64,000 nucleotides of DNA, from the NCBI GenBank assembly GCA_039815375.1, contig JBCBZJ010000004.1:192920-256919 (forward strand), in the 5' to 3' direction. The notes beneath the pieces were generated by a model. That model was not told the origin of the DNA and made no database searches. It saw nothing but the letters and a program-made list of their open reading frames with translations. The stretch is from Verrucomicrobiota bacterium. GTDB lineage: Bacteria > Verrucomicrobiota > Verrucomicrobiia > Opitutales > Coraliomargaritaceae. Both the position numbers and the translations under genes were made by a program. This document shows positions 51,795-61,346 of this stretch, piece by piece (the first letter of the stretch is position 1; every line of letters begins with the position of its first letter).

Positions 51795-52736
51795 TCAAAT
51801 TTCAACCAGGCTATTCCCGTCGCTCGGATGCAGGCGGTCGGCAAAATTATAAGCAATTATCCCGCCTAAAACCAAGACCACACCCACAACCTTTAGCAGG
51901 TTCAAAGATTCGCCCAGCAGGAGAGCCGAGCTGAAGACTGCGATCGGCAGCTCGACCGAGGCCAGCACCCCACCTAAACTCCCTCCCGTAATCGGTAGAC
52001 CCTTCATCAGGGTGACTACAGGAAGCGTTTGGCCAATCACCCCAAGCAAGATCGCGAACAGAGCAAATTTCATCCCATTATCTCCCAGCTCAAACCAGAG
52101 CCCAGGGTTGATCGCCAGAATCACCAAACAGCCAAGCAAGCCAATTCCCGAGACCGTAAAGGACCGAAAGTATAGAGTCGTGTAACCAGCAACCCTCGGT
52201 GTGAGGATAAACACCATCGCATACGAGGCAGCAGCCCCGACCGCAGCGCCTGCAGCGGCCAAAATCCCCGGCTCCCGAAAGGTTGACAGAAGCTCCGTCG
52301 TAAACACCGCACCCAACAGAATCAAAGCGATTGCACTGAGCTTGGTTAGGCTAAAGCTTTGATGCCCCATCGCGACCGAAACCCCATAAACCACTGGCAG
52401 ATAGAGAAACATCAGCGTCGCAGCGATAGCTACCGGGCCCAGACTGAAGGAAAGAAAGAGAAAGCTCCCCACCCCGATCGTCGCACCACCGATAGCCGAA
52501 AGCTGCAGCCACTCTCCCATCGTGCGTGGGCGCACCGGATCGAAGAAACGCTTTGCAAAAAACAGGAAGAAGACCGTTGCAAATAACACCTCCACCAGGA
52601 AGACCTGAATAAACGAAGCTCCTAACCCGAAGGCATATTTAATCAGGATGCCGTGAAAGCCCCAACAGGACCCACTCGTCAGCACGAGGCCGATCCCCCG
52701 CCAACGCTGGGCTTGCGGTTGCGTTCCCTCCATCAA
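51795..52736 (-). CDS. EamA/DMT-family transporter
   Basis: About ten TM segments, WG motif, LLGE.L. Confidence 0.85.
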   Translation of the reverse strand: MMEGTQPQAQRWRGIGLVLTSGSCWGFHGILIKYAFGLGASFIQVFLVEVLFATVFFLFFAKRFFDPVRPRTMGEWLQLSAIGGATIGVGSFLFLSFSLGPVAIAATLMFLYLPVVYGVSVAMGHQSFSLTKLSAIALILLGAVFTTELLSTFREPGILAAAGAAVGAAASYAMVFILTPRVAGYTTLYFRSFTVSGIGLLGCLVILAINPGLWFELGDNGMKFALFAILLGVIGQTLPVVTLMKGLPITGGSLGGVLASVELPIAVFSSALLLGESLNLLKVVGVVLVLGGIIAYNFADRLHPSDGNSLVEI

Positions 52737-52752
52737 AACGTATCGGCTCCAG

Positions 52753-53115
52753 CTAATTCTCGAAGACCTGATCCTCGAATTTCCAGGGTGGTGAGCAAGT
52801 TACGATCATGACCAGATCTGCATCCTTCGGATTATGGATCGTGTGCCACTGCCCCGGATGAATCGCCACCGCCTGCCCCGGCTCAATCGGCTCGTCCACC
52901 CCATCAAGGTGCATGATCCCCGACCCTGCCACGATATGATACGTCTCTTCACTCTCTAAATGATAGTGCTTCTTCACAGTGACACCTGCCGGAATCCGAA
53001 TCTCTGCAATGCTCAGGTTTTTCAAACCCGCCATATGCGGCCCCATAAACTCTTTCGCAATTGCGCGGTCCTCCGCCACGTAGTCCTCACAATCCTTGAT
53101 CGTAACAATTTCCAT
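52753..53115 (-). CDS. monocupin protein
   Basis: HYH...EE.Y...G.G and IHPGQWH metal motifs. Confidence 0.88.
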   Translation of the reverse strand: MEIVTIKDCEDYVAEDRAIAKEFMGPHMAGLKNLSIAEIRIPAGVTVKKHYHLESEETYHIVAGSGIMHLDGVDEPIEPGQAVAIHPGQWHTIHNPKDADLVMIVTCSPPWKFEDQVFEN

Positions 53116-53126
53116 GTGACCAGCCC

Positions 53127-53143
53127 TAGCAGGTTTCCAGCCT
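53127..53143 (-). promoter_or_regulatory. sigma54-type promoter of the cupin-uraDH-allCB operon
   Basis: Minus strand AGGCTGGAAACCTGCTA, GG-N10-GC, 13 nt before ATG. Confidence 0.55.
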
Positions 53144-53287
53144 AAAGCGAGGCACGATACAGCTCAGGACGGGAACCCAAAAGCCATCCTCAGCACAATC
53201 AACGAAACGCACAGATATCTCACACAATCACTTACGCCAGCCAATCGTTGCATTTCTTTTTATCCCTAGATTGCCGAACAACTGCAG

Positions 53288-54358
53288 TTGGTTTATGTCT
53301 ATGATTCGTTGAGTGCAAAAAACTCTATGAGCCTGAGAAAGAATATCGAACCAAATATTGCCACTACAAGTGCAAGCATTGTCTATATGATAGTAACTTT
53401 TGCGCTTGGTCGTGGGATGACCTGCACTGAACTCATGGAAATCACGGGCTTTTCGAAACTTGTATTAACGAATCCCGAAAACCGCGTACCAGATAAAATT
53501 ATCCACAATTTGTGGAAAAAGCTTGGAGAACTTGAGCCCGAAAAGCCTCTTCCGCTCAAGTTGGCGAGCGAAGCTCCATTCGACCAGCTTAGCCACGCTT
53601 TTAAACATGCTAGAAATCTGAAAGAGGCGATTCTATTCTTTTGCCGACACGGAAAGATCGCCTCAGATCGCCTTACTCTGGAGTTTAGAGAAGGCTCCGA
53701 TTCCGGTCTTTTGTCAGTGAAACATCCTCTGGATAATTTGGATCAAGGTCGTATGGCCATCTTTTCTTTGGCACATTTCAAGCATATCGTCGACGATATT
53801 GCCTTCAATCCGATTAAACTCAATGAGTTCCGTTGTGCTTATCCTGCGCCCAGCCCACCTGAAGACTACCAGCAATACTTTGGTTGCCCTACCTATTTTG
53901 ACTCAAGTGAAACTGCGCTGATTTTTCCGCGCCAATCGCTGGAAGAGCCTTTGCGTTTTGCGAACACCGAAATCTATAACTTCTACAATGGGCACTTTGG
54001 TCAAATTCTTAAGACTTTTGGTCCCTCAACTCATTTAAACGAATTCGAGAGACTACAGGCAGCCATTGATGAAAATGCTCGAATTGGAGTTTTTGACTCC
54101 TCTTCAGCAGCTCTTGCTGCTCACATGAGCCATAGGAACGCGCAGCGGATTGCTGCTAAACACAACACATCCGTGAAAGACCTGATAAGGGAAATTCGGG
54201 TTTCAATGGCAAAAGAAATGGTTCGAAATCACAGCTTTGATTTTGAAGACATTGCAGAGTTTTTAGGTTATGCAGACGAGAGTAGTTTCCGACGGGCATT
54301 TAAAACTTGGACTGCAAAAACACCACCAGCTTTCCGACGTGGTTCGCATCAGAGTTGA
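53288..54358 (+). CDS. AraC-family transcriptional regulator
   Basis: IAEFLGYADESSFRRAFKTWT..TP; Y..YFGCP..F ligand domain; true start may be 53327. Confidence 0.9.
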   Translation: MVYVYDSLSAKNSMSLRKNIEPNIATTSASIVYMIVTFALGRGMTCTELMEITGFSKLVLTNPENRVPDKIIHNLWKKLGELEPEKPLPLKLASEAPFDQLSHAFKHARNLKEAILFFCRHGKIASDRLTLEFREGSDSGLLSVKHPLDNLDQGRMAIFSLAHFKHIVDDIAFNPIKLNEFRCAYPAPSPPEDYQQYFGCPTYFDSSETALIFPRQSLEEPLRFANTEIYNFYNGHFGQILKTFGPSTHLNEFERLQAAIDENARIGVFDSSSAALAAHMSHRNAQRIAAKHNTSVKDLIREIRVSMAKEMVRNHSFDFEDIAEFLGYADESSFRRAFKTWTAKTPPAFRRGSHQS

Positions 54359-54619
54359 AGAATAGGAGCCATAGTACAAAATACTCAGATTCTATTCAAC
54401 CTAGCTTCGGTAAAGAAACCAAACTGAAGTGTCTTTCATGGTTTGGATGGTAGCTGCAATTTTCACATACACCCTAAGAGGGTATTCAAGAAAATCTGAT
54501 TATGGTTACTCTCCAAGGAGAGGTGGACTAAATCCAAATCGAAGTAGCAATCAACTTGGACATGGATTTTGCGACGCAGAGAAGCAAAGTAACGCTTTCA
54601 GTAATTGATCAGACACACT

Positions 54620-55381
54620 CTAAAGGTTGCGAAAAAGAAAAACCGGTAAGATTGACCAGACAACCAAAACTACAAAATAAACACTCTCCGGGAATATTCC
54701 AAGCGAACCTGAAGCAATCATTCCGACGATCATGACCACATGACCGAGCAGCCCCCAGATCAGGCTCGCCGCGACCTCACGAGGCTTGCAGGAACCTGAA
54801 CGGAGCGACCAAATGTAAGCACTCAAACCAAGGGGAATGAAAAGCAGCACGGTGGTAAGCAGGCCCGGATTGTAGCCAAGTGTAAGAATTGCAGCTCCTA
54901 GGTGGCTAACCGCGTTGACAACGACAATCGAAGCGAGACATAGCGCGGGAAAGGCATGTCCCGGCGCTCGCCAGATAGCGAGAGCTGCCACCAGCCAGAC
55001 GAGCGATGTATTGATAACAAATACACCAGCATCCGAGAGCGGCCCTCCTGTTTCGTTTTCAAAACCAAACCGTTCAGTGAGTAAGCTATTCAGATAAGGC
55101 CTGAATGCATAGTGGTTCCCAAAGAGATCAACCCAATGCTCCTCGAACTGGTGAACAATATAGGCTATGAACAGAATCAGCGAAAAAATCGAGAGATCGA
55201 TCCGAGATTCTTTTGAAGAATTTGTCCTGCTTGCGCTTGCAGTAAGAGCGAGAAATGGAGCCATGAACAGGCCGACTTTCATCCAGTGCTGGATCAAAAA
55301 ATCATGCTGACCAAGGGGAAGCCATAGCATCCCAAATGCGATCAAAATACAGACTAATGGTGTTTTCGATGAATTTTTCAT
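54620..55381 (-). CDS. HXXEE-domain membrane protein
   Basis: HQFEEH, NAVSH, YNPGL. Confidence 0.85.
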   Translation of the reverse strand: MKNSSKTPLVCILIAFGMLWLPLGQHDFLIQHWMKVGLFMAPFLALTASASRTNSSKESRIDLSIFSLILFIAYIVHQFEEHWVDLFGNHYAFRPYLNSLLTERFGFENETGGPLSDAGVFVINTSLVWLVAALAIWRAPGHAFPALCLASIVVVNAVSHLGAAILTLGYNPGLLTTVLLFIPLGLSAYIWSLRSGSCKPREVAASLIWGLLGHVVMIVGMIASGSLGIFPESVYFVVLVVWSILPVFLFRNL

Positions 55382-55464
55382 TACGACAAGAGAAGCATTT
55401 CATTTGAATAGTTAGGTTCATGAGTTTGTTCTGCGAATTGCGTATTTCACCGATCACTACCCCA

Positions 55465-56328
55465 CTAAATGAACTTCTCGATATGAGAATCCAAAAGCTC
55501 TTTTAGCTGAGATTGAAGTTCCTTGTCCAATACGATGGAGGGAACGTCTTTTCGCTTTCCTTCTGATATGAAAATTCCTGAAGCGTTTTCACTTACACCA
55601 GTATCAACAGCAGAAACCAATTTCTTTGCCTGAGCTTCAGGAGATTTGAATAATATTGGGCGCAAGAGACTGATAATCCAAGGCATTCCGTCTCCACTAC
55701 CTGTCATCGAAGTTTTTGTCGGCCCTGGGTCGATGGAGTGAATCAGTATATTCTCATCAAGTAATTCTTTATGTAGAAATTCACCTGCTATTGTGATGGC
55801 TAGTTTGGATTTTGCATAGGCTCCCATGAGCCCTCCTATTTCATCCGGGTCTACGAGTTTCGAAACATCCAGTTTCTTCACTGAATTGATTGCTGAAGTA
55901 GAAATATTTACGACTACAGATCTTTGACTGGAACTTGCTCCAGCACTTAGCTGTTTACGAAGGCCTTGCGTAATCAGGTAAGGCGCAACCGTATTAACGG
56001 CAAAATGACCTTCAAGCTCTTGTGTGCTCTTCAAACGCTTATCAGTTAGTATGCCTGCAATGTTGTATAAGGCCAAGATCTCCGGATGCTGTCCACCGAT
56101 TTCTCTAACGACCTTACCAAATTCGGACAAATCCATCATATCCGCTGTATAGGAAAAAAAAGTTTGATCCGGGAAGGTCTCTATCAATTTGTTTATCTGT
56201 TGTTCAGCCTTTTCTTTGGATCGGTTTAAAAGAATCAGATTCCACCCGTTCGCGGCTAGAATATCTGAAACCTCTAAACCTATGCCACCTGTTGATCCGG
56301 TTACCAGTGCTGTTTTTGTAGTCTTCAT
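55465..56328 (-). CDS. short-chain dehydrogenase/reductase
   Basis: TGSTGGIG, NIAG, YAKSK, PG. Confidence 0.9.
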   Translation of the reverse strand: MKTTKTALVTGSTGGIGLEVSDILAANGWNLILLNRSKEKAEQQINKLIETFPDQTFFSYTADMMDLSEFGKVVREIGGQHPEILALYNIAGILTDKRLKSTQELEGHFAVNTVAPYLITQGLRKQLSAGASSSQRSVVVNISTSAINSVKKLDVSKLVDPDEIGGLMGAYAKSKLAITIAGEFLHKELLDENILIHSIDPGPTKTSMTGSGDGMPWIISLLRPILFKSPEAQAKKLVSAVDTGVSENASGIFISEGKRKDVPSIVLDKELQSQLKELLDSHIEKFI

Positions 56329-56384
56329 AATGGATTATTTTATTTCGCAGAAATTAGCGTATTCTTTCTATGATAAGTTCAGAG

Positions 56385-57725
56385 TTAATTTTCAGATTTT
56401 TTGTAACGTGTTTCAAAGGATAATGGTTTTTTGATGCTAAAGTCGGCTTTCCCGGTGATTAGTCGGGAGCCTCTCGTTCCAAACAGGTAAGTCGATAGCC
56501 AGCTAAGGCAAACGAAGAGTCTATTGCGAAAACTGACCAGAAAAAACACATGAATGACAGCCCAGGCCAACCAAGCCAAAAACCCGGAAATCCTTAATCC
56601 AAAAGCATCTGCAACAGCTCTATTTTTCCCAATGGTAGCCATGTTGCCTTTGTCGAAATAGGTGAATGGCTTGCGCTCAGGAGAGGGATTTCCATTTCGT
56701 TTTGCACAAATCTCACGATGGATCAGTTTTCCAACATACGCGCCCCCCTGCATCGCTCCCTGGGCGACGCCAGGAACTGGTTTTTTGGATTTGGAACATT
56801 TGGCAGCAGCCTGATCTCCGATAACAAAGATATTCGGGTGCCCGGGAATGGTCAGATCCTCCTGAACAATAAGGCGCCCGGAACGGTCTAGCTCAGTTTC
56901 AAGAGATTCACCAATCGGTGCGCCTTTGACACCCGCTGCCCAGAGGACACATCGAGCTGGAATGAACTCCTCCCCGCATTTCACACCCTCGTCATTGACT
57001 TCAGAAACCCGCTGGTTGAGACGGACTTCAACTCCAAGAGACTCCAGTTGCTTTAGTGCCGAGGCCGATGAATCCTCCGACATGCCGGGTAGCACCCGAC
57101 CGCTACTCTGAATCAGAATGATTCGAGCTGTCTTTGTATCAACGGTGCGAAAGTCGCTCGGAATCGTTTTTCTGGCAGTCTCTGCCATCGCACCGGCCAA
57201 CTCACAACCCGTGGGCCCGCCACCCACGACAACGAAAGTAAGAGCAGCCCTTCGAGCAGCCGGATCGGTTTCAACCTCGGCAGCCTCGAAGGCCTGTAGG
57301 AAGCGCCGACGAATGTCAGTTGCATCATCGATTGTCTTAAGTCCGGGAGCTTTGCTCTGCCAACTTTCATTGCCGAAGTAGGAATGCGTCGCACCCGCAG
57401 CAAGCACTAGATAATCAAAGGGAATGTATGTTTCATTCACCTGCACGCTTTGCTCGACAAGATCGACACTTCTAGCAGTGCCCATGCCGACAACAATGTT
57501 CTTCTGTCTGCGAAATATCTTCCGGATTGGCGACGCAATATCGGATGGATCGAGCGCTGCGGTTGCAACCTGATACAGCAATGGCTGAAAGAGATGGTAA
57601 TTCTGCCGATCAATCAATCCAACGTCAGCATGAGTCGATTTGAGTTGCCGAGCGGCAGCAACGCCACCGAACCCTCCCCCCACAATAAGGATTCTCGGTC
57701 GACGGGAATTTGCCTGATGTTCCAT
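56385..57725 (-). CDS. ndh: type II NADH dehydrogenase
   Basis: GGGFGG, FQPLLYQVAT, GGGPTG.E.AG, WAAGV, DKGNMATIG. Confidence 0.88.
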   Translation of the reverse strand: MEHQANSRRPRILIVGGGFGGVAAARQLKSTHADVGLIDRQNYHLFQPLLYQVATAALDPSDIASPIRKIFRRQKNIVVGMGTARSVDLVEQSVQVNETYIPFDYLVLAAGATHSYFGNESWQSKAPGLKTIDDATDIRRRFLQAFEAAEVETDPAARRAALTFVVVGGGPTGCELAGAMAETARKTIPSDFRTVDTKTARIILIQSSGRVLPGMSEDSSASALKQLESLGVEVRLNQRVSEVNDEGVKCGEEFIPARCVLWAAGVKGAPIGESLETELDRSGRLIVQEDLTIPGHPNIFVIGDQAAAKCSKSKKPVPGVAQGAMQGGAYVGKLIHREICAKRNGNPSPERKPFTYFDKGNMATIGKNRAVADAFGLRISGFLAWLAWAVIHVFFLVSFRNRLFVCLSWLSTYLFGTRGSRLITGKADFSIKKPLSFETRYKKSEN

Positions 57726-57796
57726 GAGTCTAGCAATTCTCTATTGCATCTATCATTTCCTGAAATCCAAAACTGACGTCGATCCAGTATATTTGC

Positions 57797-57949
57797 CTAA
57801 TACTCTCCACCCTGAGCGACAGACATACAATCAGCTACAGCTAATATTCCGCTCAAAATAAAAGCATTACACCTCATCCAGAGACGCGGGATAAGGAATA
57901 CTACAACGACAATTTCAGGAATGCTGGTGGCAAAGATTAATCCTGTCAT
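57797..57949 (-). CDS. small hydrophobic ORF (50 aa), possibly a gene remnant
   Basis: MTGLIFATSIPEIVVVVFLIPRLW...; GAGG before ATG; below the ORF-track cutoff. Confidence 0.3.
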   Translation of the reverse strand: MTGLIFATSIPEIVVVVFLIPRLWMRCNAFILSGILAVADCMSVAQGGEY

Positions 57950-57971
57950 TGTGCCTCAAACAGTTGGAGGG

Positions 57972-58002
57972 AAAAAAGGAACCCAAAAGCTGTTTGGGTT
58001 CC
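57972..58002 (-). terminator. intrinsic terminator
   Basis: GGAACCCAAA-N5-TTTGGGTTCC followed by T6 on the minus strand. Confidence 0.75.
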
Positions 58003-58149
58003 TCTCCGGAATATGAGAGTTTCGACGACTGCTCGCGGCAGTGCGAAGACTCTATCATGCCAATACTTCCAAAATTTGTTCATTCTTTCATGAGTTACGA
58101 TGGAAATTTGGAGAAGAACAAATAGTGCTTGGCGATAAACTCAGGGCTC

Positions 58150-59265
58150 CTAATCAACAATTAGCTTTGGAGGTCGTTCCCCTTCAATGAAGTCCCGGAT
58201 TGCTTCAGAGACCTCATGGGCTGCCTCGGTCGCAGAGAAGTGATTTGCCTCAACAAACTGAACATGACCATCCGGCACGAAATCCGGGCTCCTCGCATAT
58301 TCTTCTTCTCTTTGCGCTGGATCTTCGGTGGCTTGCAGAAAGAGAATCGGCATAGTCATGTGCTGGATCAGATGCTTCATCCGATACTCAAGCTCAATGT
58401 CGAAGCTTGTATCATAAGTTTGAGCTACTGCTTCGGGTAATCCCTCAGTTCCAAATTCCTTATAGATCCGGTCCATGTGCTGAGGAGAAAAGTCCATGGA
58501 AACCCACGCAGAATTATAAGTCGCTGTAATCATAATTCCATCCTTGTAGTTCTTGGCATCAGCCAAATTTTCGTGTGATGGCCTCGGAAGTCCATGAGGC
58601 TCATTGAATGACTGTTGCATCCGTATCCAATTCTTCACCCGCTCGCTTACTCCGGGAACGGCCATCATGTTGTCTGCAATACAGCTTCCCCGATCATGAG
58701 ACACCAAGTCGAATTTATCAATCTTCATCGTGTCCATCAGGGCTACAATACTTTTGGCCACGCCCTGGTGAGTAAGATCCTGCTTTAGACTCTTGTCTGA
58801 TTGGCCGTAACCGAGCTGATCGACAGAAATAACGTAGTAGTCTTTAGCCAAGTCAACCATTTGATCTTTAAATCCCCACCACGACTCAGGAAATCCATGA
58901 ATCATGAGGATCGGCGACTTATGAGGATAACCTGCAGTCACGACATGCCAAACAGAACCTTCTATCTCAATAAACCAATGAATTCCAAAAACATTCTTAC
59001 CAAGGAATTCAAGCTCTCCGTGAAGGTTAAAGCTACCTTTCGGCGGTGTTGCTGCCGGATAGCGGTCCATATGTTTTGTGAATTTTGCTAATTCATACGG
59101 TTCATAGTCGATCGGAATACCGGTTCCTACGTTCCTGAGCTCTTTCGGCATTGTTGCCAGAAGGTCACCCTGATCACTTTCGTCTGAATAACCTTCTGTA
59201 GTGGTGAGTGCCAGCGCGAGAAACAAGCCGGATGCTAGGCTTGCGAGGTGGGTCGATAGTTTCAT
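58150..59265 (-). CDS. exported alpha/beta hydrolase, epoxide hydrolase/dehalogenase-like
   Basis: Signal peptide, HGFPE, DQLGYGQSDK, SHDRG, ANHF. Confidence 0.87.
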   Translation of the reverse strand: MKLSTHLASLASGLFLALALTTTEGYSDESDQGDLLATMPKELRNVGTGIPIDYEPYELAKFTKHMDRYPAATPPKGSFNLHGELEFLGKNVFGIHWFIEIEGSVWHVVTAGYPHKSPILMIHGFPESWWGFKDQMVDLAKDYYVISVDQLGYGQSDKSLKQDLTHQGVAKSIVALMDTMKIDKFDLVSHDRGSCIADNMMAVPGVSERVKNWIRMQQSFNEPHGLPRPSHENLADAKNYKDGIMITATYNSAWVSMDFSPQHMDRIYKEFGTEGLPEAVAQTYDTSFDIELEYRMKHLIQHMTMPILFLQATEDPAQREEEYARSPDFVPDGHVQFVEANHFSATEAAHEVSEAIRDFIEGERPPKLIVD

Positions 59266-59516
59266 GGCGATTATGTTTATACTTTGTTATGTGTTACTTT
59301 TAGGAAAATTCTTGAGTGAGCAGGAAATTTTGAAGTATCAGGCCGAATTTTCGCATCGAAGAACTCTTGGATCTTCCGGCCAGAATTTCATATAGCGTCA
59401 TCACTTGCCAAGCAGACAGAGCATTCCCGAAAAGCATTGCTGCGTTGTTCCGCTCAATATGTCCCATCCAGATATTCGGTTTCATCAACAAGGACAGGTT
59501 TCGCAGGTTCTTTGCC

Positions 59517-60890
59517 TCAAAATTGCAGATTGAATTCGATGGCAGTAGTTACGCGGTCAGAAAATCTCGGATCTTCCCCCCAAAAATAACCGGCAAGCCC
59601 TGTGACTAAAAGATTTTCCCGTAATGGAATCGTCAAATCTATGTTGGCTTCACGGCCGAGGAGAATCTCGCCTTCATCACTGATAAAGTAGTGGTAATTC
59701 ATCGATGCGAAACTTTTCCCCGGAAGGTAGGGCAATTCGACATTGATAAAGAAGTCCTGCAAGCCGTCATCAGGCGTTGTCAAAAATTTATCGGCAATCC
59801 GGTGCAGTCTCTGACCTGTACTCAACGAGTATTGAAAAGCATCGTTGCCTCCATCCGAAGAAGACATTTCGTAGCCAATCGAGAATCTCCCGATCGACGG
59901 GAATGAGAGACCCACTTCGGTATAAATCGAAAATACGTCGAAATTTCCAGGGTTTGAACCATACTCCTTTTGATAAGCGAATCCGAGGTAGTAGAGGATA
60001 TCAATTCTATCCTGCGAAACCGGTGGCTTTGCGATGCTTATTCCATAGGTCTGATTAGATAGCGACGGCGCATCATCTTCCAAATCCAGAAGAACTCCAA
60101 ACAGAGAAATCGTGCCCAGCTCGTCACTGACATAGGCAAGTCTTGCAGCATGCGAATCACTCTCGTAGTCAAGACTGTCTTCATCAAAAAGGCGTAGGAC
60201 CTTATCGAGGTACCCATATTCGAAAGTCCAACGGGCATTTTCTCCGAAGCGCATCGCAAGCGCCACTGAATCATAAGTTTGCTCACCTTGCCGACTCCCC
60301 GAATTCCCGACAAATCGCTCTTCAATAGCTGCCGATGCCTGCCGCCCGGCTCGGACATTCATCTCCACGTAGTCGAACTCGCGTGAGTATTGCAGCCAGA
60401 ACTGATTCAATTCAAACTGTTCCGTGTCAGCGACGAGTGTGCGATCAACCTCGCCGTTAACGCCATCAAAGTAATCGGAGAGGAAAGATTCCACATAATT
60501 TAATTCGGCGAATGCCTGAAAGCCCTGATACCGCTGCGTAAGATAACCGGCCCGGAAACCCACGGTATTGGCAAGGGATGAGCGTAAATCGCTATCTTCC
60601 GCATACCAGAACCTGAGCTTCGACCGTAGTGTGAACCGGCCGGATGTAATCGCATCAATTGCATCTTCAGGGGGACTCCCATCACTCAAGTCGAATTTTT
60701 CTCCCAGAGATGTTAGCTCCGAAATGGTCGAAACGTCTCCTAAAGAGCGCGACGGTGTGGATTCCGCATTCGACCTTTCTGCAAAAAAGAAAAGGAGCCC
60801 AAGTATGCTACAAACTCGACCGATGATTAAAAAACCATCATTATAAACCTGAATACCATGATTCAATTGGATCTCTTTCGTATTAAGCAA
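59517..60890 (-). CDS. outer-membrane beta-barrel protein (alginate-export-like)
   Basis: Amphipathic strands, ELNQ, GRQ, ADKFLTTP..GL.D, C-terminal Phe; start uncertain. Confidence 0.7.
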   Translation of the reverse strand: MLNTKEIQLNHGIQVYNDGFLIIGRVCSILGLLFFFAERSNAESTPSRSLGDVSTISELTSLGEKFDLSDGSPPEDAIDAITSGRFTLRSKLRFWYAEDSDLRSSLANTVGFRAGYLTQRYQGFQAFAELNYVESFLSDYFDGVNGEVDRTLVADTEQFELNQFWLQYSREFDYVEMNVRAGRQASAAIEERFVGNSGSRQGEQTYDSVALAMRFGENARWTFEYGYLDKVLRLFDEDSLDYESDSHAARLAYVSDELGTISLFGVLLDLEDDAPSLSNQTYGISIAKPPVSQDRIDILYYLGFAYQKEYGSNPGNFDVFSIYTEVGLSFPSIGRFSIGYEMSSSDGGNDAFQYSLSTGQRLHRIADKFLTTPDDGLQDFFINVELPYLPGKSFASMNYHYFISDEGEILLGREANIDLTIPLRENLLVTGLAGYFWGEDPRFSDRVTTAIEFNLQF

Positions 60891-61346
60891 AAGTGCGATA
60901 TTAAGATTTCAGACTTCGCTAATATTTAAGCATAAAAAAAATAGCATCGCTATGCCAATAAGCGACAAAATTAGCACAATTCGCGACATCTATTTGACTT
61001 TCTTATATTTTATGCGCCGAGCTCCAATTTTGTGCCAATGCTTTTATTAATGTAATCACAATTAGATGTAGAATACCCAGGATCGGTAAGACTCGATGAT
61101 ACACAAAGGGTTAACCAATCTTCGAAAAACAGACAACCCATGTAACTCCTACGCTGTAGAGAATTTGGTAGTAGGAAATTGCACTCGAAAGCGCTGGGCC
61201 CCAAAAAGGGAATTTCAAAAAATAGTTTTTTGCTCGAGCACTATCTTTGAGTCCAAACTATACCTCATTCGTTCTATTATAGCTTGTTTCGCAACGAACT
61301 GATATTGGCATTTGGCTTTAAAAGACTAATTCTCTCTAGATAAAAA

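Noticed and set aside
58003..58055. Glycine-riboswitch-like words GAAACTCTCA and GGAGAG on the minus strand
   Set aside because: Lacks CCGAAG and CAGG core elements and the tandem aptamer layout
60943..60959. sigma54-like TGGCATAGCGATGCTA upstream of the beta-barrel gene
   Set aside because: Spacing is GG-N9-GC, one base short of the strict requirement
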